Positions 55,952 through 64,000 of a DNA stretch of 64,000 nt are shown here, piece after piece. The position numbers were made by a program, and so were the translations under genes. Under the pieces are notes generated by a model. That model made no database searches and was not told where the DNA came from. It saw only the letters and a list, made by a program, of their open reading frames with translations. Source of the stretch: Actinomycetota bacterium (GTDB taxonomy: Bacteria; Actinomycetota; Acidimicrobiia; Acidimicrobiales; JAMCPL01); contig JAMCPL010000028.1 in the NCBI GenBank assembly GCA_023379675.1, positions 8,033 to 72,032 of the forward strand. The letters run 5' to 3'. The stretch's first letter is position 1. Each line of letters opens with the position of its first letter.

Positions 55952-57628
55952 TCAAGTCTCTTCGAGCACCATCTCTATCGCACCGCACGGGCACTCAGCT
56001 GCACATATACCGCAGCCTTTGCAGTAATCGTAGTCGAACTCGTAACGCATACCTGTGCCAAGCTTGACAACGGCATTGTCGGGGCATACCCCGTAACAAT
56101 TGTCACACTCGAAACAGTTCCCGCATGACAGGCACCTGCGCGCCTCGAAGAGGGCATTGTCCTCATCGAGTCCGAGCACCACTTCATCAAAGGTCGATTG
56201 GCGACGAACCATATCCAGTTTGGGACGCACCGTCGCGGGAGCATCAGAGTAGTACCAGGTGTTCAGATCGCCCCAACCTGCTATTCTGTGGCGCTCACCA
56301 GCCGGCGCTGGCTGATGCTCCTCCTTAGATGGAGCGCCAGGCAGTCTCGCCCACATACCCCCGCTCTTCAGCCACAGATCTATGTGCCTGGCAGCTTTCT
56401 TCCCGTTTCCTATGGCAGCCGTAACGGTCCGCTCCGCCTGTGATATGTCTCCGCCAGCAAACAGTCCCGGGTAGCTGGTCATCATGGTGGAATCGACATG
56501 TACCATGCCGCCGGACATATCCAGCCCAGGTACATTCTGCAGGAGTGACAGGTCTGCCTCCTCCCCGACCGCCAGGACGACAGAGTCAGCTTCAAGCTCC
56601 TCGAATTCACCGGTAGGTTGCGGAAAGCCGGCTGCATCCAATTCCATCTTCTCGAGCAGCAACTTCTCAGCACCCGCTTTCTTTATCGTGGAAAGCCACC
56701 GCATCTTGATCCCCTCTTCGAGTGCTTCCTCCACTTCGAGATCGTGGGCCGGCATGCGATCCCTGGTACGCCGGTATACCACGATAGCCTCGGACGCTCC
56801 CAGACGCTTAGCCGTCCTGGCCGCATCCATGGCGGTGTTCCCACCTCCATAGACCACCACGCTCCTGCCAAGCTGCGGGTAGGTCATACCTGCAGTCGTT
56901 CGTAACAATGACAAAGCGTCCAAGATCCGCGCAGAGTCACCAGCCGGTATATAAGCGTTCCTGGCTATTTCCGCTCCAGTCGCAAGGTACACGGCATCGT
57001 AACCACCTCCCTCCATCTCGACCATCAAATCGCACACCTTGTGACCAAGCTCGATTCCAACGCCCATGTCTACGATACGCTGAATCTCGCCGTCCAATAC
57101 ATTGCGAGGCAGCCTGTAAGCGGGTATACCAAAACGCATCATCCCTCCCGATGCCGTGGACGCCTCGTAAATGGTCACTTCGTGGCCACGACGTCGTAAG
57201 TGGTAGGCGGCAGACAGCCCTGACGGACCTGCCCCTATCACCAGCACCCGCCCTGCCAGATCGGGCTGTTCCACTTCCACCCGCCAGCCGCCGGTGAGCG
57301 CCCGGTCTCCAAGAAAACGCTCGACTGCATTGATGCCCACCGCTTCATCGAGGTTGGCACGGTTGCAGGCAGTCTCGCAGTTATGATAACAAACCCTCCC
57401 CATGACCGCGGGCATAGGGTTGTCCTCCATGGATACGCGCCAAGCGCCTTCGTAGTCTCCCTCTTCCGCCCGGTACAGCCAGCCCTGGATATTCTCCCCG
57501 GCGGGACAGGCATCGTTGCAAGGCGGCAGCCTATCCACATAGACGGGCCGCTGCGTTCTCCAGCCCCCTGTCTTGTTGGCGCGACTGGTTCCTACCTCCA
57601 GAGTAATGGCAAAAGGTCTCTCCATCAT
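55952..57628 (-). CDS. GltD/SudA-like NAD(P)H-dependent FAD oxidoreductase fused to a C-terminal 2x[4Fe-4S] ferredoxin (PorD-like) domain
   Basis: ...RVLVIGAGPSGLSAAYHL...SGGMMRFGIPAYRLP... is the glutamate synthase small-chain pattern. The C-terminus is ...CLSCGNCFECDNCYGVCP...CKGCGICAAECPCGAI. Confidence 0.8.
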   Translation of the reverse strand: MMERPFAITLEVGTSRANKTGGWRTQRPVYVDRLPPCNDACPAGENIQGWLYRAEEGDYEGAWRVSMEDNPMPAVMGRVCYHNCETACNRANLDEAVGINAVERFLGDRALTGGWRVEVEQPDLAGRVLVIGAGPSGLSAAYHLRRRGHEVTIYEASTASGGMMRFGIPAYRLPRNVLDGEIQRIVDMGVGIELGHKVCDLMVEMEGGGYDAVYLATGAEIARNAYIPAGDSARILDALSLLRTTAGMTYPQLGRSVVVYGGGNTAMDAARTAKRLGASEAIVVYRRTRDRMPAHDLEVEEALEEGIKMRWLSTIKKAGAEKLLLEKMELDAAGFPQPTGEFEELEADSVVLAVGEEADLSLLQNVPGLDMSGGMVHVDSTMMTSYPGLFAGGDISQAERTVTAAIGNGKKAARHIDLWLKSGGMWARLPGAPSKEEHQPAPAGERHRIAGWGDLNTWYYSDAPATVRPKLDMVRRQSTFDEVVLGLDEDNALFEARRCLSCGNCFECDNCYGVCPDNAVVKLGTGMRYEFDYDYCKGCGICAAECPCGAIEMVLEET

Positions 57629-58630
57629 CTATGCCTCCCCCAACAGGCCGAACCGGCGGATGTTACGATCAGCGGAATCCTGTATCGCGTCTATGACGTC
57701 GTCCCGCCTGGCAGGTTTGAAGAGATGGGCGTACCTGCGCTGTAGGGATAGGTAGTCTTCCACTGGAACCTTCGATCTTATCTTGCTCGTCGCTACCACT
57801 TCGCCCTTCTCCGCTTCGAAAACCGGAAAGATTCCAGTCTCTTTGGCCAACCGGGCCAACCGTATGGTGTCGGCCGGCTCGCTGCCCCATCCAAGCGGGC
57901 AAGGAACCAGGATATGGATATAACGGGCTCCCCTATACTCCATGGCCTTCTCGACCTTGTACTCCAGATCGTGCAACTCAGCGACGGTGGCTGTGGCAAC
58001 ATAGGGAATCTCGTGTGCCATGGCGATGCGGGGCATATCCTTCCCCTGTCCCCATGGGTTCCCCGGTTCTTCGCCAACGGCTTCGGTAGTTGCAGTCCTG
58101 GCAGCCGGTGGGGTCGAACCAGACCTCTGGACGCCAGTATTCATGTATGCCTCGTTGTCATAACACACAAACAGCACGTCGTCGTTACGCTCGAACATGC
58201 CCGACAGGCAACCGATGCCTATATCCACGGTTCCACCATCTCCCGCCTGGGCCACAACGCGGATGTCCGTCTGTCCCTTGGCTCGTAATGCCGCAGCAAT
58301 GCCGCTGCCTACTGCCGCAGCATTTCCGAAAACGGAGTGAAGCCACGGAACCTGCCAGGAGGTCTCAGGATAGGGGGTGGTGAACACTTCGAGGCACCCT
58401 GTGGCATTCGCCGCGATTACCTTGTTGCCGGTTGCATGCATGGCCGCATCGAGCACATACCTGGCCCCCAGCGCCTCCCCACAGCCCTGGCAGGCCCTAT
58501 GCCCGAGCGTAAGGGCGTTGGTACGACTCATCCCTGACTGTACGGTACGCTCCGGGGTATCGAGCAACCTGCCACCGACAGCAAAGCTGCCTGTCTGGTA
58601 GAACTTTACCTGCCTGTACGCCACTGCCAA
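57629..58630 (-). CDS. porB: 2-oxoacid:ferredoxin oxidoreductase beta (TPP-binding) subunit
   Basis: ...CQGCGEALGARYVL...VAQAGDGGTVDIGIGCLSG...CYDNEAYMNTG.... Confidence 0.9.
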   Translation of the reverse strand: MAVAYRQVKFYQTGSFAVGGRLLDTPERTVQSGMSRTNALTLGHRACQGCGEALGARYVLDAAMHATGNKVIAANATGCLEVFTTPYPETSWQVPWLHSVFGNAAAVGSGIAAALRAKGQTDIRVVAQAGDGGTVDIGIGCLSGMFERNDDVLFVCYDNEAYMNTGVQRSGSTPPAARTATTEAVGEEPGNPWGQGKDMPRIAMAHEIPYVATATVAELHDLEYKVEKAMEYRGARYIHILVPCPLGWGSEPADTIRLARLAKETGIFPVFEAEKGEVVATSKIRSKVPVEDYLSLQRRYAHLFKPARRDDVIDAIQDSADRNIRRFGLLGEA

Positions 58631-58670
58631 CTCACCTCCTCATCTAGCCCATCGTAAGCCGTTGCCACCC

Positions 58671-59918
58671 TCACCCGCTACCAGGCAGGCCCATATCCCG
58701 AAGGATATTCTCTGCAGATGGACCAGACCTGCGGTCTTTCCCCATCCGCGCCAGCTCCCGGTTCACCACATCGTGATCCAGATCAAGGAAAGTCAACGGT
58801 TCCAGCGCGTCATTCGCTGCATCCTCCAAACAATGTACCAGTGACGTTCTGGTAATGGCCCTGCCACCCAAACCGGCCACCACCGTATAGATGCGTACGG
58901 ACTGATGCGACAGGGCAAGAGCGACATCTGTCGCCAGTATACTCCCCATCCCTGCTGAAAATGCCCTATCCACGACCACGACCCGGGCCGGCGTACCTAT
59001 CGCTTCTCTGATGGCGGAGATAGGAAAGGGCCTGAACGTGGTGATCCCTATTGCTCCGGCCATTATGCCGGCACCGCGTAGCTCGTCCACAGCGTCTTCG
59101 ATGGCGCCCAGCACTGACCCCATCGCAACCACAATTGTATCTGCACCATCCAGCCCGTACCCCCTGACAAGGCCGCCAGAATCACGACCAAAGACCGACC
59201 GGAACTCCGAGGCTATTGTAGGAATCAGCTCCATCGCCTGCATCTGCTTCGCGTGAGCGAGGTAACGCACCTCTGCAAATGCATCCGGGCCAACCATCGC
59301 TCCTATGGAAACAGGGTCATCCACATCCAGTACCTGCCTGGGCTCGAAAGGGGGCAAGAACTTATCCACAGATTCCTGCTCCGGCAAATCCAGCCGTTCC
59401 ACGGCATGGGTGAGAATGTAGCCATCCATGCATACCATCACGGGCAACGATACGTCCTGCGACAGCCGGAATGCCTGTATGTGCAGATCCACAGCGGCCT
59501 GGTTAGAGTCGGCAAAGAGCTGTATCCAGCCACTATCGCGAACGGCCATAGCATCGCTGTGATCATTCCAGATGTTGATGGGTGCACCGATCGCCCGGTT
59601 GGCAAGCGTCATCACCATCGGCAATCCAAGTCCTGCCGCGTTGTACACCGCTTCGATCATGAACAGAAGTCCCTGGCTGGCGGTGGCCGTATAGCTGCGT
59701 ACCCCCGTAGCTGAAGCACCTATCAGCGCCGACATCGCCCCAAATTCGGACTCTACGTTGATGAACTCACAGGACTTCAGCTCTCCGCCCTTTACCATCG
59801 AACCGAGTGCCTCAACGATATGAGTCTGCGGCGATATGGGATAAGCACAGATCACCTCCGGCCTGCACGATGCCACTGCCCTGGCTACAGCCTTGGAACC
59901 TTCAATCTGCTCAAGCAT
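58671..59918 (-). CDS. porA: 2-oxoacid:ferredoxin oxidoreductase alpha subunit
   Basis: MLEQIEGSKAVARAVASCRPEVICAYPISPQTHIVE...SYTATASQGLLFM.... Confidence 0.9.
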   Translation of the reverse strand: MLEQIEGSKAVARAVASCRPEVICAYPISPQTHIVEALGSMVKGGELKSCEFINVESEFGAMSALIGASATGVRSYTATASQGLLFMIEAVYNAAGLGLPMVMTLANRAIGAPINIWNDHSDAMAVRDSGWIQLFADSNQAAVDLHIQAFRLSQDVSLPVMVCMDGYILTHAVERLDLPEQESVDKFLPPFEPRQVLDVDDPVSIGAMVGPDAFAEVRYLAHAKQMQAMELIPTIASEFRSVFGRDSGGLVRGYGLDGADTIVVAMGSVLGAIEDAVDELRGAGIMAGAIGITTFRPFPISAIREAIGTPARVVVVDRAFSAGMGSILATDVALALSHQSVRIYTVVAGLGGRAITRTSLVHCLEDAANDALEPLTFLDLDHDVVNRELARMGKDRRSGPSAENILRDMGLPGSG

Positions 59919-60603
59919 CCGCCATCACTTCCCCACCAGTTTTCCTGCCAGCAAGTGAACCAGGCGGGATGCCGCCTGCATTGCCTTCACTCTCCCCAGC
60001 ACTCGCGCCATCTGCACCGGCTACGACAGAAATGGCAGCCTTACTCTCGTCCTGCACGTAGCGGAACAACTCGGCGGCGGCGGCCACATTACGCTCACCA
60101 GTATCACCAGCAAATCGCCGGCGGATGGCACTGTACAGAGATTCCGGCGTGACTATGCCGCTTACTGCCGCCAAGGCTCCCAGCAGTACTGCGTTGGGAA
60201 CAGGCTTGCCCACATGCCGGCGAGCTGTGTCCGAAGCGGGTACGGTCAGAATACGCTCGCGACGGAACCCGGCGGCAAATTCCGAGAGGCCGAGATGGTC
60301 AAGCCCTCGCGAGGTATTGATGATGATGTAGGCATCCTTGCCTGCGCCAGAGAACAGGTCCACCTGATGCAGCAAGGTTGCATCCTGGACAATGATGGCA
60401 TCAGGCTCGCTGATCGGCTCATGCGTGCGGATCTCGATATCATCAATACGACAGTACGATACGACAGGGGCACCCATGCGCTCGGATCCAAAACTGGGAA
60501 ACGCCTGAGCCCAGTGGCCATCCAGGAACGCGGCCACAGAGAGCAACTCTGAACCCGTCACGACCCCCTGACCTCCTCTACCGTGTATGCGCACCTGAAA
60601 CAT
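59911..60603 (-). CDS. porG: 2-oxoacid:ferredoxin oxidoreductase gamma subunit
   Basis: AGGAAG SD lies 8 nt before ATG 60603. The product begins MFQVRIHGRGGQGVVTGSELLSVAAFLDGHWAQAFPSFGSERMGAPV.... Confidence 0.9.
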   Translation of the reverse strand: MFQVRIHGRGGQGVVTGSELLSVAAFLDGHWAQAFPSFGSERMGAPVVSYCRIDDIEIRTHEPISEPDAIIVQDATLLHQVDLFSGAGKDAYIIINTSRGLDHLGLSEFAAGFRRERILTVPASDTARRHVGKPVPNAVLLGALAAVSGIVTPESLYSAIRRRFAGDTGERNVAAAAELFRYVQDESKAAISVVAGADGASAGESEGNAGGIPPGSLAGRKTGGEVMADA

Positions 60604-60791
60604 CCTGATCACTTCCTATCCTGACGCGTGCTGTATGCTGCCTGTTCCACAGTGTCCAGCGATCCTTGACCGCCACACGTATCCATCTTCACTACATAGC
60701 TTAGCCCACCGCTCGATCCTCGAATACCCACAATCTTCGCGCATGCGGAGAGCGGCCCGCCTGCATAAGCGGGGAATGGCAGGATGCCGCT

Positions 60792-60827
60792 GAGTGTGAG
60801 TGTGAGTGTGAGTGGTACGTACGTACG
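60792..60827. repeat. Adjacent microsatellites (GAGTGT)~3.7 and (GTAC)3
   Basis: GAGTGTGAGTGTGAGTGTGAGTG-GTACGTACGTAC lies in the intergenic region upstream of the adenylate-kinase-like gene. Confidence 0.85.
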
Positions 60828-61013
60828 GCCCAATGGAGATTCAGTAGTTGCACCGATCAGAAATAGGGGTAGTACCCGTTGCCATCGATAAATAAATGGT
60901 GCATAATTATGGTTGTAGGGTGTGTCCCTGTTTACGTGGGTGGCTGGTGCATTGCGACCCACTACCACCCAATACAGTCTGCGGTATTTCGGATAGATTG
61001 GACAAAGGAGGAC

Positions 61014-61943
61014 ATGATGAGCAAAGACGGCGTTTCTCGGGTGGATCGTTCTGTGGATGATCATCCGCAGTTTGCAGGAAAGGCTTCGATGGTCAGCGAG
61101 ATCAGCAGCGAACGATCATCCCGATTATCTGGAATCGCCGCAGGCGGCAGAGATCACCAGGTGCTGCCCGGCTCGAGGCAGGTCGCACCCGGCAAGCAGG
61201 GCTACAGAAATGCAGGCCGCAACCAAAGCCGTCCCCTCAGGATTGTACTTCTGGGGTATCCGGGCTCCGGCAAGGACATCCACGCAAGCAGTATGGCACG
61301 ACGCCTTGGACTACCTCATATATCCATGGGCGCCCTGCTGAAAAGGGTTGCCGCAATAGATACTCGTATCGGCGATATAGCGGCCCGTCACAGGCACGTA
61401 GGCGCCTTGCTACCCGACGACCTGGTTGTAGAAGTGCTCGCCGATGCCATAACGGGTGAACATATCAATGATGGGTTTGTCCTAGAGGGCTTCCCACGTA
61501 CATTTCGCCAAGCGGAGATGTTGGATGCGCTGCTTGGCAAGGACGAGATCAGCCTCGCTCTACACTTAGTCGTGCCACGAGCCGTACTGGTACATAGGCT
61601 CCTCGCACGCCGGAATTGCCTGGCCTGTGGCATGCCTTATGGCACCGCAGGTGAAACCATCATCCCACCGCACTGCGAGTACTGCGGCGGCGACATAGGA
61701 CCAGTTGAAGGATACTCTGTAAGATCGCTGCACAATAGGCTTGCCAATTATGATCACCTGTTTCGGCCTGTAACGACCTGGTTCGCCACCCACGTGCCAT
61801 TCGTAAGTGTGGACGGAGTAGGCGCACCTGAATCAGTTGCCGCTCGCCTTGCCAAAGCGATAGCGACGCATATAGGACATCCCTCCGCTGACAGCTCCGT
61901 CGCCACCACCCAGCATGCGGTCGGCAGCCTGGAAGGAGCATAG
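61014..61943 (+). CDS. Divergent adenylate kinase paralogue with N-terminal extension
   Basis: AAAGGAGG SD lies before ATG 61014. An ~85-aa extension is followed by an Adk fold: LRIVLLGYPGSGKDIHAS (P-loop variant of GPPGAGKGTQ), GFVLEGFPRTFRQAEMLD, and a Zn-lid CLACG...CEYCGG. The lid R.DD block is replaced by VEGYS. Confidence 0.7.
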   Translation: MMSKDGVSRVDRSVDDHPQFAGKASMVSEISSERSSRLSGIAAGGRDHQVLPGSRQVAPGKQGYRNAGRNQSRPLRIVLLGYPGSGKDIHASSMARRLGLPHISMGALLKRVAAIDTRIGDIAARHRHVGALLPDDLVVEVLADAITGEHINDGFVLEGFPRTFRQAEMLDALLGKDEISLALHLVVPRAVLVHRLLARRNCLACGMPYGTAGETIIPPHCEYCGGDIGPVEGYSVRSLHNRLANYDHLFRPVTTWFATHVPFVSVDGVGAPESVAARLAKAIATHIGHPSADSSVATTQHAVGSLEGA

Positions 61944-62419
61944 CGACGCAACCGGCCAGGACAGTAAAAGGCACGTTCACCTGCCCAAATTGCGGTGGTG
62001 ACGAATTCGAGATCGTCCGTAGCGTCGATGATCGAATCAACTTCCTCTGCATACACTGTGGTGCCTGCTGGCACCAGTGGCTCGGCTACTTGACTCGGGT
62101 AAGCTCCACTACGGGATGTGCAGGATGCCACCACCAATTCCCCTGCGTCGCTCCAGTAAAAACTGCGTAACTAGTCACCATCTGTTTACGCGAAGGACCA
62201 TCGGCAATTTTCATCCCGGTATCCCGGTATCTCCGGCATTCCGGCGTCACGCCGAAATGTGAATGGCGCAAGGTACCCAGGGGCAAGGGGTGCAGTCGCC
62301 CCATACGGATACCTTACGCCACATTTATTATACCAGTTTCTACGACCTGTGTTTTCACTACACGGTCGCAGCACACCGGCACACTGGCATTTCAATCGTT
62401 GTTAAACGCTATGCCGGCA

Positions 62420-63019
62420 CTACGCCGCAGCCCCCGAGCCGCCTGATACGGACGATGTCCCGGTAGGCGTCTTGGGCGTGGTACCTGGCTTGTGCCCAAG
62501 TCCCAGCCCGCCCATAGGCAGTACCAAGGTGGCATGGCCACCGCTCTCCACGAGCACCACATGCGCGCCGTCCTTGAGCGCTGCCTTGCGAGGCTCATGG
62601 GTGGTCGTTTGAAGCGTTGCCGTAAATGATTGGCCGTCAATACGCTTTATGGTAATGGAAGTGGACGACAGTGCGGTCACCGTGCCTCTCTCCACCTCAA
62701 CCGTCTTGTCGCCGCTCTTGGTGTGCAATGTGATCTGTACCCCAATGGCATGGCGAGCCATCTTGGACGCATGCTTCAGCTCACGGCGCAATATCGACTT
62801 TGCAAAATTGCGATGGTGCGCCTTACGGGCATGACTCCCCTTAGCATGGGTCGACCCGGGAGCGGTGGTGCTGGTGGATGTCGGAGCCGGTGCCTGCGTA
62901 GATGCAGTCAGGGCAAATGCCCCTCCTGCCACGCCGGCCATGGCCAGCGTGAACACCGCTGCCACCACCGCCACCCTCTTGGTCATGTGGGCTCCCAACT
63001 CCCTGAACTTATCCTTCAT
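62420..63019 (-). CDS. Secreted hypothetical protein
   Basis: AAAGGAG SD lies before ATG 63019. The product begins MKDKFRELGAHMTKRVAVVAAVFTLAMAGVAGGAFA (signal-like) and has a His/Lys-rich segment and a Gly/Thr/Pro-rich tail. Confidence 0.6.
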   Translation of the reverse strand: MKDKFRELGAHMTKRVAVVAAVFTLAMAGVAGGAFALTASTQAPAPTSTSTTAPGSTHAKGSHARKAHHRNFAKSILRRELKHASKMARHAIGVQITLHTKSGDKTVEVERGTVTALSSTSITIKRIDGQSFTATLQTTTHEPRKAALKDGAHVVLVESGGHATLVLPMGGLGLGHKPGTTPKTPTGTSSVSGGSGAAA

Positions 63020-63353
63020 GTGTTCTCCTTTCACTTGGCTGACTTGATTACCTTCGCGCCACCAAGGCTTCCATGAAGCGTCTCTGCCGGGCTCAGCTGA
63101 ATAGTACATCACGCAAGCCTGCTCACACTGCCCGATTCGGTTGGTATTTCCGATCACAGCCTGTGGCTTCACCTACAATGCATACCATTAGCCTATGTCG
63201 CCTGGTCGCTACTTATATTAGACTGCAACTAGATGATGTTATGGTAAAGCGTATGTTAGGAAAGTATTATGTGTTCCAACCAAGCATACCAATCGGAAAG
63301 AGCTGATGCTGGCTGCCTTCCTGTCCGCCGTAGGTGATCCCGCTAGGACACGC

Positions 63354-64000
63354 ATGGCTGATGCCGGTGCAGGCGATGCCGGTACGGGCAGCACCTCCGG
63401 TACGGCTGAACAGCAGAGCAATGCCACCCCTGAAACGAGTGCCGGCGAGGGAGGCGGCAACAACGGAGTGATCCGGCAGGCCGGCGAGGGAACAGCGGGC
63501 AAGGAAACAGTGAGCAAAGAGCCGGCAGGTTCCAGCCCTCTGGACCGCCTGGTAATAGGGCAACTTCCGGAGCCTGATCTTCCTCCAGGATGGGCTCTGG
63601 TCAAGATGGCCGCAGCATCGTTGAACCATCATGACATCTGGACCCTCCAGGGCGTGTCATCAAGGCCGATATCTCCCCCGCAGGTGCTTGGATGCGACGG
63701 AACCGGCACCGTCGTAGCATACGGTCCAGGACCCGTTCCCGCTCACGCGCCACCGCTGGGCAGCAATATACTGGCATATCCAGTCATATCGTGCAGGGAA
63801 TGTGCCAATTGCAGGTCGGGAAATGAGCTTCTATGCCGGGATGTGGCACTGCTAAGCGAAGGCAAGTACCAGGGCACATTGGCTGAGTTGTTCCCGGTAC
63901 CGGCTGCCAATCTTATCCAGCTGCCGGACACCGTCACTCCAACTGCAGCCGCCTGCATGGGCACCACCTACCTGACCGCCTACCACATGATGTACGACCG
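63354..64000 (+). CDS. Zinc-type alcohol dehydrogenase / quinone oxidoreductase (MDR family), 3' end beyond the window
   Basis: Not in the track because there is no stop in the window. ...LPEPDLPPGWALVKMAAASLNHHDIWTLQGV...GCDGTGTVVAYG...CRECANCRSGNELLC... are MDR motifs. ATG 63354 adds a low-complexity leader, so the true start may be GTG 63468. Confidence 0.75.
   Translation, partial: MADAGAGDAGTGSTSGTAEQQSNATPETSAGEGGGNNGVIRQAGEGTAGKETVSKEPAGSSPLDRLVIGQLPEPDLPPGWALVKMAAASLNHHDIWTLQGVSSRPISPPQVLGCDGTGTVVAYGPGPVPAHAPPLGSNILAYPVISCRECANCRSGNELLCRDVALLSEGKYQGTLAELFPVPAANLIQLPDTVTPTAAACMGTTYLTAYHMMYD

Noticed and set aside
61754-62137. 127-aa minus-strand ORF
   Set aside because: It is antisense to the 3' end of the adenylate-kinase-like gene and to the zinc-ribbon frame, and it has no motif support.

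Overview
All family calls below come from reading motifs by eye. No database search was run. The window looks like a moderately high-GC, actinobacterium-like chromosome, inferred from gene content (PAC2 protein, single-chain GlyRS, Rv0338c-like Fe-S reductase, dcd, ppdK).

The left ~17 kb is an accessory mosaic:
- A candidate uncharacterised defence locus: a GHKL ATPase fused to an HExxH module, a large unknown gene that leaves the window (missed by the ORF track), and a divergent PD-(D/E)xK + RAMA protein.
- A decayed HerA/NurA pair and other defence or toxin-antitoxin remnants.
- A ~3.6-kb cassette of vicinal-Cys membrane proteins and two CxxC thioredoxin-like proteins. It is bracketed by ~100-nt direct repeats and abuts an ISL3 remnant.
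- An AT-rich islet with two recently duplicated J-domain genes flanking an unknown gene.
- The mosaic ends where a methylmalonyl-CoA-mutase-like gene is cut off at ~17050.

The remaining ~47 kb is mostly housekeeping: acyl-CoA synthetase, APH-like kinase, SemiSWEET, PAC2, nitroreductase, ppdK, glyQS, Fe-S reductase, dcd, a sugar ABC operon, a pyruvate:ferredoxin oxidoreductase operon and an MDR dehydrogenase. It is interrupted by:
- a mazEF pair abutting glyQS;
- a 7.3-kb gene for a giant Cys-pair-repeat surface protein;
- a 4.8-kb tRNA-Gly(CCC) islet with a 49/50-nt att-like direct repeat, carrying only broken hipBA and XRE-ImmA/PIN modules.

A ~130-nt non-coding element occurs twice (2893-3029 and 46178-46299).
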